The translations under genes were made by a program, and so were the position numbers. DNA of 64,000 nucleotides from Octopus bimaculoides (taxonomy: Eukaryota): assembly GCF_001194135.2 (NCBI RefSeq), contig NC_068982.1:11723080-11787079 (forward strand), in the 5' to 3' direction. A model generated the notes under the pieces. The model was not told the origin of the DNA, made no database searches, and saw nothing but the letters and a program-made list of their open reading frames with translations. Below are positions 39,169 to 51,155 of the stretch, piece after piece. The first letter of the stretch is position 1, and every line of letters starts with the position of its first letter.

Positions 39169-39275
39169 AGCACAACAATTGTTTCGGCTTTATTCTGCAC
39201 TGCTCCCTAGTGGGTGTGGGATGATGTAATTACATCAGATGTAACACACAGTGCAGTAAACCTCGTCAAGTGACA
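39169..39275 (-). ncRNA. hammerhead-like motif with greatly extended helix II
   Basis: cac-TTGACGA-ggttt..ctgcactg..[tgatgtaattacatca]..cagtgcag..aagcc-GAA-ACAATTGT-T-gtg. Confidence 0.5.
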
Positions 39276-39579
39276 TAACATGCTTCAAAAGTTACCAGGT
39301 TTACATTTCATTTTCACTCCAAGTTATCTGCTGGTGGTGAGTTGCTAGCAGTTCAGACACATTTGGTTAAGAGGAGGAAGATGTGGTCAGGAAGAAAACA
39401 AAAAAATAAACACAGAAATTTTAATGTAAATAGGGATGGGGGTGGGGGTGTTTATAGTTATGGTCAAGAAGTCATTGCTAAAGAGTAAAAAATAAAAATA
39501 CAAAGAATCTAATGTAAATGGAGGGTGTGAGTGTGGAGGGAGGTGTTTATGGCATTAGATTGAAAAGGCTTCAGTGTAT

Positions 39580-39981
39580 GTTGGCCTTTGTGTGGTAAGA
39601 GGCTTGCTTCCCAACCACATGGTTTCAGGTTCAGTCCCACTGTGTGGCACCTTGGGCAAGTGTCGTTTACTATAGCCTCAGGCCGACGAAAGCCTTGTGA
39701 GTGGACTTGGTAAATGGAAACTGAAAGAAGCCCATTGTATATATGTATATATTTGTGTGTCTGTGTTTGTCTCTCTACCATCGCTTGACAACCGATGTTG
39801 GTGTGTTTACATCCCCGTAACTTAGTGGTTTGGCAAATGAGACTGATGGAATAAGTACTAGGCTTACAAATGACTGAAGCAGATAAAAGAATGTATACAT
39901 ATATTCTTTTGTTCAGCTAAAGGCGGTGCTCCAGTATGGCCACAGTCACAATGACTGGAACAAGTAAAACAAATAAAAGAA
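39580..39981 (+). mobile_element. SINE family A
   Basis: Family architecture. Confidence 0.8.
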
Positions 39982-41250
39982 CACATTTTTTAAGATAGAA
40001 CTGTGAGTTTGGTAGCATTAGGTGAAAATGAGAGATGCACAGACTTCTATTCTGATATCAGAAATGCATTAGGGCAGTTATTAGTGGTTTAAAAAATTCT
40101 CATCTCTTGATTGGAAAATTTGAAGAAGAGTCACTTGCTAAAAATTAGTGACCTTTCAAGAAAATATGGTTTTTCGATAAAATAGAAAGGAAATAATGGT
40201 AAATGGTTTGCATATGATTCCGGTTAGAATTAGTTGACAAGTGAGGATTGATTATTTTGAGGAATAAAATTAAGTGATGTAATTGCTAGAAAAAGCAACC
40301 AATCCAGGTGATTAATTTATGTCAGTAATTATAGGAAAAACATGTTTGACTTGGAAAAACTGACATTATATTTTATTGAACACTTTTCACTATACAAATT
40401 TTCTTCTATCACAGGTCTTTTTTTTGGTTTTTTTTTTATCAAAAATTTTTATTTGCTAGGGATCATGAATCTGTGAAACAGAAGAGAGGGTTACCAGAAG
40501 ATTCTTAATTTCTCGGTTTCAAAATTGCAGAATCTCCATTAGTCTGCACTAGCAAATTAACCTTGTCTTCACTGCTTGCTGTCTACTGTTGTTGATTCAT
40601 TTCATAATGTCAAAACATTCTATTGAATCAACTGATTACTGAAGTTTGGGCTGTCAGTGAATTTGAGAGAAAAAAAAATGATGTGACCAATGAAACCATT
40701 TAACCAATAAAATGTTTAATACATCAATGTGTCTTTCAAACTGAGACTTTCATGAATATACCTTAGAATTATCTTAGTTTCTCAGAAGTTCATATCGTTA
40801 CTATGAAGTTTCAGCGTTTTTATTTTATTTAAAAAATTTTCTAATACTTTACAGCTAGTTTAATAGATTTTAATTAAACTAAAAGGCTTGTTAATATACT
40901 TTTGTGAAGAATTATCTCTAAATATACTTTATTCAGAAATGTAGAGGAGAAAACTACCTTATATCTTAATTAAATATTTTTCATTATTTGTTCAACAATA
41001 GCTGGGAATTGTATGCTGCTGACAGAGAATGAAATTTGGATATTATCATCTTTATTGTTGATGGGCATCAGTAACTAACATTGATAGTAAATGAAAACCT
41101 TCAACTTTTGTAAATAATAATAAAAAAAAACTCACTTATTTTTTGTCAATAATGGAAAGTAATTTGGTTTAGCTTCAAAATACACAGAGTAGCATAGAAA
41201 ACCATGAAACAATAGAATAACAGTAAAGGAGAAATATTTTAGAAAATTAC

Positions 41251-41284
41251 TTTTTTCGCCTGCCAGCCATTATATTCTTCAAGT
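41251..41284 (-). CDS. candidate 34-nt internal exon (LKNIMAGRRK or LEEYNGWQAKK), gene unknown
   Basis: Minus strand cttttggtctttcag|...AAAA|gtaatt; both open frames phase-join to 32805-32847. Confidence 0.28.
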
Positions 41285-41700
41285 CTGAAAGACCAAAAGA
41301 TCACAAGGTTCATTGCATTATACAGGCCAGAAAAAATATCATGAAGTATGAAATAAATAAAAACCCATTAATAATGATAAACTTTTTAGAATATTTGATA
41401 TCTTAGTATGCTTTGAAATTCTCACCATTATTGATTAATAAACTGAGAAAAAGTCAATTTGAATCTTGCTAAGCTAAAAAAAAAAAAGAAAAAAGGGAAA
41501 AAAAATCAATCTTACAAGAGGCATTATTTTATCTGTCTAAATATATTTAAATGTTGGCAGCAATATCATGTTTTGATTTTACTCTCAGCTTGCCACAGAG
41601 TCAAGTGTTACCAACAGAATTGAAACTAATTCAATCTTAAGCAGTTTTTAATACTGACCACTAGCAATTACAGGAATGATTTCCATATGCATTTATATGT

Positions 41701-42091
41701 TTTGTCTTTTATATTTTACTTGTGTCAGTCATTAAACTGTGGCCATGCGGAGGCAATGCCCTGAAGAATTTTTTTGTTGAATGAATCACCTCCAATGATT
41801 ATTGCTTTTAAGCCTGGTATTTATTCTATCTGTCTCTTGTCAAACCACTAAGTTATGGGGATGTAAACAAACCAACACCAGTTGTCAAATGGTGATGGAG
41901 ACAAACACACACACACACACACATATACAACAAGCTTCTTTCAGTTTCTATCCACCAACTCCACTCACAAGGCTTTGGTCAGCCTGAGGCTATAGTAGAA
42001 GACACTTGCCCAAGGTGCTATGCAGTGGTACTGAACCTGGAACCATGTAGTTGGTAAGCAAGCTACTAACCACACAACCACTTCTGTGCCT
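41701..42091 (-). mobile_element. SINE family A
   Basis: Family architecture. Confidence 0.75.
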
Positions 42092-44927
42092 ATGTATTTA
42101 TACATACGCACATACACACGATACAGCCTAAATTTGTGGTGGTGCAAACTTTAGCTGGATGGAAGTGACATGCTGGTAGAGAAAGTTTGGCAGAGCCGTA
42201 GAAAATAAAAGACAAACCTGAAAAGATTGAGAGGAAGTTGGGAATAAAGAAAATGATCCGATAGCTAAAGGTGAAATGTAGTTAAGGAGAGAGGCAGAAA
42301 GTATGAAGATGGTACGTGTTCTGTAGTCTACATCTCAGAGCTTCTTTGTTCAAGGTACTTTGTATGAGGTACTTTGAATTGCATCATAGTGTATCAGAGA
42401 TAAGATATCACTGGGGCAAAATGGTACATTTGCCTTCACTGATATTGTAAAGAAAAAAGGGAGATTCCCAATTAATTTTTGTTTAAGAGAACAATAGGAT
42501 GTTTTCATATCACTGTCTCTACATCCAAAATGTCTCCAAATAGATTACTTCATAGTTATCCATCCATCCATCCACCTACCTGCCTATCAGTCTGTCTGTC
42601 CGTCTGTCTAGTTATAAATCGTAGTTTCTAATTCTAGACAGAAGACCTGCAATTTTAAGGGGAGGGCGTTGATTAAACTGACCCAGTGTTTGACTGGTAC
42701 CCTATTATAATTGACCCTGAAAGGATGAAAGGCACAATTTGAACTTAGAATGTAAAGAGCTGGAACAAGTATTATTGCACAGCATCTTTTAAGGAATTTT
42801 TCGACTCAATAACAATCCCGTCATCTCACTGCCTTTATATTATTTGTAATGAGAAAAATGTTTCCAACAGTCCATTGCTAGAAGTACTGGAAGAATTGAA
42901 CACAGACCTAAAAACCACCCAGCTGCTTTTATCAGTAAATTACACCACTTGCTGTTCTTATTTAGAGCTAAAAGACTCTCCCATTATGAGTGAGGTAATT
43001 TGCCTTCGCTATGGATGCAATACTGTACCAGCAACAACTCATAAATCGTTGGCATCATAGCTGGTTGCCTGTTAGATTATTTACTCAACCATTGATGCTG
43101 TTTCTCTGTCACTTTTTCCCTTCTTTCCCTCTCTTTCTCCCCCTTTACCTTCTTATGCATTCTGATTANNNNNNNNNNNNNNNNNNNNNNNNNNNNNNNN
43201 NNNNNNNNNNNNNNNNNNNNNNNNNNNNNNNNNNNNNNNNNNNNNNNNNNNNNNNNNNNNNNNNNNNNNNNNNNNNNNNNNNNATATATATATATATATA
43301 TATAGATAAATAGGTAGATAGAAAGAGGCAGAGAGATAGATAGACACACACGTGTGTGTGCTCTTTCTTTTCTGCCCCTCTCTCTCTCTCTCTCTCATAC
43401 ATACACACTTTCTCTTATATTTCTATATTTCTAAACTCATCTGTAAATAAAACAACCTTAAAAATTGTTAATAAAACAATAATATTATCATATTTGTCAG
43501 GAGTAGTTAATTGTTATTTTTAAAACACAGGTAAATGTTAGCTTCATAATCATATATTAAATATTATTTAGATGTTTAATTGTGAGGATTTTTGTGTTTG
43601 GCTAAACTTGAATGCATTTCTTCTATATCTATGCATCAATTTTATTCAGGTATCTTTTAATATGTGTATACAAGCATGTTTATGGTTAGATATTTATGTG
43701 TACATATGCTCATGCATTAATATTATTCTTATAAGAGAAGAGCCATTTCCTCTCATATATGACTATCTATATATGAATGTCAGTTCCATTTGAATTCCAT
43801 AGCTGTAAAATTGGCTCATAAATTTTTATATTATGCATTAAATTTCTGACATAACTCAAAGCTGGAAAGATTTGTATATAATATCTGAAATGATAGATCA
43901 GTAGTATTGTATATTGATTTGTTGGGCCTGAATGGAAAAATAAATATTTGGAAATTCAAGCAATAATAAAAAGAGTGTTACGAATAGAAATCTTGTTCTT
44001 GTGCCATTTTATTATGCCCTTAAAAATAATTCAATAGATGAAATTATTTCCCGTATGGTTTCATATCATTCAAATTTTATTCTCCAATACTCTCTAATTA
44101 TAAGTTAGTTTATCCGAAATTAAAAAATAAAATAAAAGAAAAGAAAGAGAAAGAAAAATTTTAAAACCCAATAAATTGTTAGAAATTGTATGAAAATTTT
44201 CCAGGGAAATATGAGTAGAAACTGAATCACCCATGGAAGATTTATAGGATTCGTGCTTGATGTATTATTCAAAGATTATTTAATTTTTATATATTTATTA
44301 TTAAATGCCCTGTAGAGATGTGTTAAGAAGTGTAAGCTTTTAGAATCGAATTAAAACTTTCAACCCTATTAACAATAAAGATTATATTTGTTTTATGATA
44401 ATTAGAAAATTTGTAAATTCATTAAATGTGTAAATTCATTAAACAGAGAAAAAAGGAATATTATCAAAAGAATAAGCAGAAAATAAAAAGATTTTTATTA
44501 ATTTATATATTTGTAACTCAATACTTAAATCTGACAACTTGTTTAAATAATGTGTGAGAAAGATTTAAGTTCATTGTTCAAAACAAAATATGGGAATCTG
44601 CCTCGCCCCCACTCCATCGTCATCATCATCATCATCATCTTCACAACCACCACCACTATCGTCATCGCCATCACCATTCTCATCATCACCTATTTTCTCA
44701 TTAACAATCACAGGTCCCACATTCCATAGCTTGTTTCATACCAGTAATTCTCAACCATTCTTTTCGTCTTTGGACCCCTTTTGTTTATTATTGTATTCTA
44801 GTGGATCACCCATAGCCATTCGATGTTTGAAAACTAGTTTTGTAGGAACTTCTTCCAAAATTCCTATTTTGTTTTCCACAGTCACTTCTGTACATTGAAA
44901 CCTAGCAGTTTCATGCAATATATACAC

Positions 44928-45545
44928 CATCATCATCATCATCATCATCATTTAACATCCATTATCCATGCTGGCATGGGTTGGATGGTTTGACCAGGGC
45001 TGGCCAGCTGGAAGGCTGCACCAGACTCCAATCTGTTTTCGTATGGTTTCTATGGCTGGATGCCCTTCCTAACATCAACCACTCTGAGAGTGTAATGGGT
45101 GCTTTTACGTGCCACCGGCACAGGTGCCAACTTGTGTGACACCAGTATCTGCCATGACTGCAATCTTGCTTGGCTTGATGGGTCTTCTCAAGCACAATAT
45201 AATGCCAAAAGGTCTCGGTCATAGCCTCAGTGAGACCCAACACTCGAAAAGAACTCAGCCACTTTGCCTCTGTGAGGACCAATGCTAGAAAGGAACTCAG
45301 TTGGTTTGCCTCCATGAGGCCCGATGCTCAGTAGGAACTCAGCTACTTTGCCTCCTTGAGGCCCAACACTCGAAAGGAACTCAGCCACTTTGCCTCCATG
45401 AGGCCCAACGCTCAAAAAGAACCTAGCCACTTTGCCTTTGTGAGGCCTAACGCTCAAAAGGAACTCAGCCACTTTGCCTCTGTGAGGCCCAATGCTCGAA
45501 AGGTACTCAACCACTTTGTCTCATTGAGGCCCAGCCCTTGCAAAG
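44928..45545 (-). mobile_element. RTE-LINE 3' end (family B) with an expanded internal tandem array
   Basis: (atc)n tail at left, family body, then the 42-bp array. Confidence 0.8.
45231..45530. repeat. 42-bp tandem repeat, 7 full units plus a partial one
   Basis: Unit tgaggcccaacactcgaaaggaactcagccactttgcctc(ca/tg); unit starts run from 45231 to 45525 in 42-bp steps. Confidence 0.9.
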
Positions 45546-46134
45546 AACTTTTAAATGATTAATTCAAAACAAAGTAAAGGGATAAGAATTACATTTGTCA
45601 GAGTAATATGAATGCTAATGAGTTAACCTTAACCCTTTTCTTATTATATTTTTGTTTAAATTCTCTGTAGGTTTTAAAATGAATTTTGTTGATGATGATG
45701 ATTTTCTTAAAGAGGTCTAGAATTCGGCTGTATTTGATAAAATAGTTTATTGCAAAGAAGCTGCGATTTCGAATTTGAATTTACAAAATTCTCATACAAA
45801 AAATTATACTGAAAGGTTTTAGTTTAATTATGAACATTTTAAAATCAGTGGTTTTGCATCATAATATTAGAGCTGGTCTCAGCCTGACTGAGATATCAAA
45901 AGCTTAATCTCACTGTCATTGTCATTGTCTAATGCTTTTAATTGCAAAGTGATGCAAATACACCACATTTATTCACACTCACACAGATATACACAAACAG
46001 ACACTTCTATCTACTCTTTATTGGGTCAATAAATGAGCCTCTACATGGTTGTTTGATTTGCAGCCAAATTTCTCACAAATTACACTTGAGTCTGGTGAGA
46101 GAGAGAGAAAGATGAATTACATAATGTAGTCTAT

Positions 46135-46523
46135 CTGTCTCCCTGTGCTGGTGGCATGTAAAAAGCACCATGCGAACATGGTCAATGCCAGTGCCCCTTG
46201 ACTGGCTCCTGTGCTGGTGGCACATAAAACGCACCATCTGAACATGGTCGATGTCAGTGCCCCCTGACTGGCTCACATGTTGGTGGCACATAAAAAGCAC
46301 CATTCAAGCATGGTCGGTGCCAGTACTGCCTGACTGGCCCTTGTGCCGGTGGGATGTAAAAAGTGCCCACTATACTCACAGAGTGGTTGGTGTTAGAAAA
46401 GGGCATCCAGCTGTAGAAACTTTGCCAGATCAGATTGGAGCCAGTCCTCAAGTCAAACCGTCCAACCCATGCCAGCATGGAAAGCAGACGTTAAACGATG
46501 ATGATGATAATGATGATGATGAG
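46135..46523 (+). mobile_element. RTE-LINE 3' end (family B) with about 4 tandem ~65-bp GC-rich units
   Basis: Repeated gtgctggtggca...aaaa-gcacca...tggtc...cagt...tgactggc; (GAT)n tail. Confidence 0.75.
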
Positions 46524-47074
46524 TCTAGATAAACAGAACCTGAAACCATGATGAAGTGACATGGTCGGCAAACCTATGATCATAAATTTGCTCAATGAGA
46601 ACTGAGCTTCCTTGGGCTAAACAATATCAACTCCCATTCTATGTCTATCAAGGATCTCTCGTGTCTATTTGGAAGCAGTAATATTGATTTAATGGTTTAA
46701 TTATTTCATTTGTCCATCCATATGAATAATGACCACTACATCATTCATGGGTCAGTCCAGAAGTGGCCAACGCATCATTTTCCTTTTTTTCTTTCCCCTA
46801 TTTGCCAACAAATTCCATCTTCCTCATCTTCCTCCTCTGATCAACTCATCAGTTCCTGGTTTGTTCGGATGCTGTGACACACTTCTTGTTGAGACTGCAT
46901 CAAATATCATCTTTCAACAACAAAGGCTGAATCTGTTTGGCTCTGAATTATCACTAATATCTTTTACTCCTACATAAAACGCACCAACATTCATGTCGTT
47001 AATGTTGTCATCATCAGCATCATTTTTCTGTCTGTTTCCCAATGCCAGATTCTGTTAAGGCAATATTCTCTAGT

Positions 47075-47305
47075 CAGGGCAAGCTGGCAGAAATGTTAGC
47101 ATGCCGGGTGAAATGCCTAGCGGTATTTCGTCTGCTGTTATGTTCTGAGTTCAAATTCTGCGGAGGTCGACTTTGCTTTTCGTCCTTTTGGGATCGATTA
47201 AATAAGTACCAGTTACACACTGGGGTCGATGTAATTGACTTAATCCCTTTGTCTGTCCTTGTTTGTCCCCTCTATGTTTAGCCCCCTGTGTACAAGAAAG
47301 AAATA
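47075..47305 (+). mobile_element. SINE family C
   Basis: aagctggcagaaatgttagc...gagttcaaattc...gactttgcttttcgtccttttgggatcg. Confidence 0.8.
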
Positions 47306-48467
47306 AATATTCTATAGTCAGATACTGTTCCTGATTCAGTCCTTGTTTTCAAGTAAGGTACTTCATTTCAGTGGTCAACATATGTTGAACCAGTGAGCCA
47401 GACATTTAGTTCATAGGAGACAAACATTTGACACTGCTCCCCAAGCAGATGTTAATGTGCAAACATATGGAAGCAAACACATGTGCACATGCATGTACAC
47501 ACATACACACATTTAACAGGCTGTTGTACAGTTTGTGTCTACTAAATTTCACTTACAAAGCATGTGTCAACACAAGGCTATCGTAGAAGACACTTGCCCA
47601 TTGAGCCATGAAATGAGATTGAACTCATAACTGTGTACTTGTGAAGCAAACTTCATAAACCCCCATGGGCATTTTCTTGTGGATGTATTACACACATTGC
47701 TAAAAGATGTTTTCAATCTATGTAGAAATGCTGGAAGAGAGTAAGATTTCATTGTTGGAAAGATAAAAATTGCTTAATATATGGTGTGTGTTGATTAGTT
47801 GCTGCATTATTGTAAATAGTTTAAAGTCACTAAATCAATGGAATTCTCATTATGAAGTAATGGCTCTGCTTATCATTGAAATCATTATTCTTAGAATTTC
47901 TCTTGTGAACCAAAAAAAAAGAAAAGAAGATATTTTAATATTTTTTATAGCTAAATTGTTCTTTAAATCTATGCCACACCACTTGTGAACATTGACTCCA
48001 ACTCGAAAGCAAATTACCCTACAAACTGTATGAGATAACACTGCACAAGCCAACTCTGAGACAATGTATGGTCTTGTGTCCTGCATAAGTTCATGGATAC
48101 AAATTATGTGGGCCAAATCCTCAGGTTTGCATGTTTGCATGAGGTTGTACAAAAAAGTGCAATGACAGTTTGATCTGTTTGACATAAACAGTGGCTTGTG
48201 AACTTTCACTGTCTTTGTTTGATTGTCTTGCTGCTGGGTAGTAAAAACCGATATGAAGGATTTCTCAATATATGGTCAGCATAAGAGATGCCAAAAGCAT
48301 TGCACAGAATTTGGGTCTATGTGCCGATTAGTAATTGATATTGGGCCCCTGTAAGAGACCAGCATTCAGAGCTGTACAGGAGAACAGGTTCCACAGTAGC
48401 ATGAACCATGACAGTTGTGGTGCTTTCCAAATTTATAATCTGAAAAAGTAAAAGAAGTATCTTAGGA

Positions 48468-48902
48468 CTTTTACTCTTTTACTTGTTTCAGTCATTTGAC
48501 TGTGGCCATGCTAGAGCACCACCTTTAGTCGAGCAAATCGACCCCAGGACTTATTCTTTGTAAGCCTAGTACTTATTGTGTCGGTATTTTTTGCCAAACT
48601 GCTAAGTTATGGGGACATAAACACACCAGCATCCCAGCATTGGTTGTCAAGCGATGTTGCGGGGACAAACACACAAACATATACACACACATACATACAT
48701 ATATATATATATATATACATACATATATACATATATATGACGGGCTTCTTTCAGTTTCTGTCTACCAAATCCACTCATATGGCTTTGGTTGGCCCAAGGC
48801 TATAGTAGAAGACACTTGCCCAAGGTGCCACGCAGTGGGACTGAACCTGGAACCATGTGGTTGGTAAGTGAGCTACTTACCACACAGCCACTCCTATGCC
48901 TA
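48468..48902 (-). mobile_element. SINE family A at the RT deletion junction of the old RTE
   Basis: Full-length and well conserved; no flanking TSD seen. Confidence 0.85.
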
Positions 48903-50313
48903 TAGGAGAAGAACTTCTGGAAGTACACTGTCTGCACCACAAGATTTGCCAGTCTTGGAATGCTTAGCAACAATCAGTGCTCCATTGATGGGTGATTTCA
49001 TCAATTAGAGTATTGGTGAGCAGTGGTGAGATTGGTGTCATTATAAAATTGTCTGTGGGAGTCGTGTTGTTGTTGAGCTGCTTTTCAAAGTAGGATTTCC
49101 AGCCAACCAATCAATCTTGTGAGTAACTTGCCTTTCTTTTGATGCTGACTTAGATTTGTGACCAGACAGGTTGTTAATGGCTTTCCAGTCTGTGGTAATT
49201 TTTCTGTTGTCTTCTGTCTATTTGCTCTTCAATGCATGCATTTTGGTTTGTAGTTTGTTGCTCAGCCAAGGCTAAGGATGAAGCTGCTACAGCATTTGAT
49301 GTTGCAGAAGTTTTGTTCCACTGATTTACTTGTTTCAGAGTTGCCAGACTGTTTCAGGCTTCTTGAATTTTGGCATCTTACCAAGGAGTTTTCTTCTTTG
49401 AGAGTAGCACAATGGGTACATGTTACTCAGTAGCATAGGCAACAGACTTTGAAAATGTGGCGTATTCTTCTAAGCAGTCAGAAAGTTCTACACTGAGTTT
49501 GGTATATCTGTTTTTGGATGTTATAACAATGGAAGTGGAGGTATCTAGGTTGGACAGAGAGGATCAGGTGAGTTTTTACTTGTTGCTTGATTTGAATGGA
49601 GGACTGAGTTATATTGTAGCAATCAGGGTGTGATGATCTGATCTGAATGGAGGAAATGTGTAGGAATAGCAGTCTTCAATAGACTTATGATACTTTTGAT
49701 GACAGACTATGTAGCCAGTTTGTAATAGTATTTTGTGTGGGCCTTTGTGCATGAAAAGTTTGCCCTGGTCCTTGTGGAAAGCTGTGTTTGCATAGAAAAG
49801 TGTGTTTCCTGGCAGAAAGTCTGAGAAGTTTTCAGAATTTCTTTTTGGTTTGTCTGAAAATGTCCATAGATTTTGTGGCAAGACCTGCAGATGTGCATTC
49901 CAGTCATCGAGGATTACTAGGAAGGAGTTTCATCCAGCATCACAGATGGCTGCATGTCACCATTGAAAATATGTATGTCTTCTTGTTTTGCTGTAGAGTT
50001 TGGTGAGTAGCAAATGATAATATTTGGTTTAGGTCATGACTTCTGAGATTTGTTACTGCTGGAAAATGTGGAGACAAATACTTGCTGAGAAATGGATGTA
50101 ACACATTCTAAGGATGCATAGGCACAGGGAATGGCCAGGAAACCAATGCCACCATTACCTGTGTCACAGCTGTAGAGTGCAACAGCTGGTAGCCCTTGAC
50201 TGTGTCCAGATATCAGACTTTCTCCTCACATATAATTCTATGTTCTTGAAAGCCAACAGCTGTGATGCCAAATCTGTCTGTTTCTGTGGCCAGTCTGTCT
50301 TGTCTCCAAACTA

Positions 50314-50648
50314 AGTTCAAGGATGACTGTGTGGTAAGAAGCTTGCTTCTCAACCACATGGTTCTGGGTTCTGTTCCACCTTGGGCAAGTGTTTTCTACT
50401 ATAGTCTCAGGCTGAACAAAGCCTTGTAAGTGGATTTGGTAGATGGAAACTGAAGCCCATCTTTTATGTGTGTGTTTGTGTGTGTCTGTTCCCAATTACT
50501 GCTTGAAAACAGGTGTTGGCGTGTTTACATCCCCATAACTTAGGAGTTCAGTAAAAGAGACCAATAAAATAAGTACCAGGCTTTTAAAAGATAAGCACTG
50601 CCCCAGCATGGCCACATTCGAATGACTGAAACGAATAAAAGATAAAAA
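50314..50648 (+). mobile_element. SINE family A inserted near the endonuclease start
   Basis: Family architecture. Confidence 0.8.
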
Positions 50649-51155
50649 CGATATGAGTGATGAAGGAGATCTGAAGAGTCTAGGTTTGATCAGAGGGCAA
50701 GCTGGTTTTGGAAGAATCCAGGGCTTGTTGTGGTTGTTGACTTTTGTAAACCTATTTTTCACCAGGTCCACAGGTGTTACCCAAGTCTGACTGTGACCTT
50801 ATTCAATTGGGTGAAGTTAAGCCAGGTTAGAAGTTGTCAGTATGTCTTTCTTTGTAGTTTTCATGGCTGTGGTCTTGGATTAACTGCATAGTTTTCCACT
50901 CTACATGCTGGATGTTTTTATGAAACCACTCATACGGAGGGCCATTGGCTCACAATGAGATCATCTGTCCTTTGACAGGTTTTGTCTTTAGTCCCGCAGT
51001 GTCCACAACACCCTTCTCACCTGATAAGCCAGATAGGCAAGCTAGTTTAGTCACTGATCACCTGACCATGATACATGTAGTGCTGTGTTACATGATCCCA
51101 CTCTGGGGATTTTCCTGACCCGTGAGGTTTATTTTGATATTAATGATGCTTGTGA

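Larger units (their letters stand above)
47960..51100 (-). pseudogene. old RTE-clade LINE (APE endonuclease, RT N-flank, C-terminal region; RT core missing), interrupted by two SINEs
   Basis: Manual minus-strand translations GFQEHR, GGIGFL, IICYSP, FLVILDDWNAH, YANTAF, RSDH, KTGKSCGADSVLPE, VEPVLLYSSECWSLT. Confidence 0.75.

Noticed and set aside
2174-43408. Long ORFs made of YI/CV/HT repeats or X runs
   Set aside because: Products of (TA)n, (TG)n, (CA)n tracts and N gaps, not genes.
44740-44951. Minus-strand ORF resembling an exon (EVTVENKIGILEEVPTKLVFKHR)
   Set aside because: It overlaps a small degenerate hAT-like MITE (ctagttttcaaac ... ggttgagaattactg) and begins in an (ATC)n tail.
45227-45562. 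14-aa repeat ORFs on both strands as a repeat protein or CRISPR-like array
   Set aside because: Units are contiguous with no unique spacers and lie inside an RTE 3' fragment; openness follows from the 42-bp period.
46690-47040. Acidic minus-strand stretch as a transposase N-terminus
   Set aside because: Multiple stops in all frames and no diagnostic motif.
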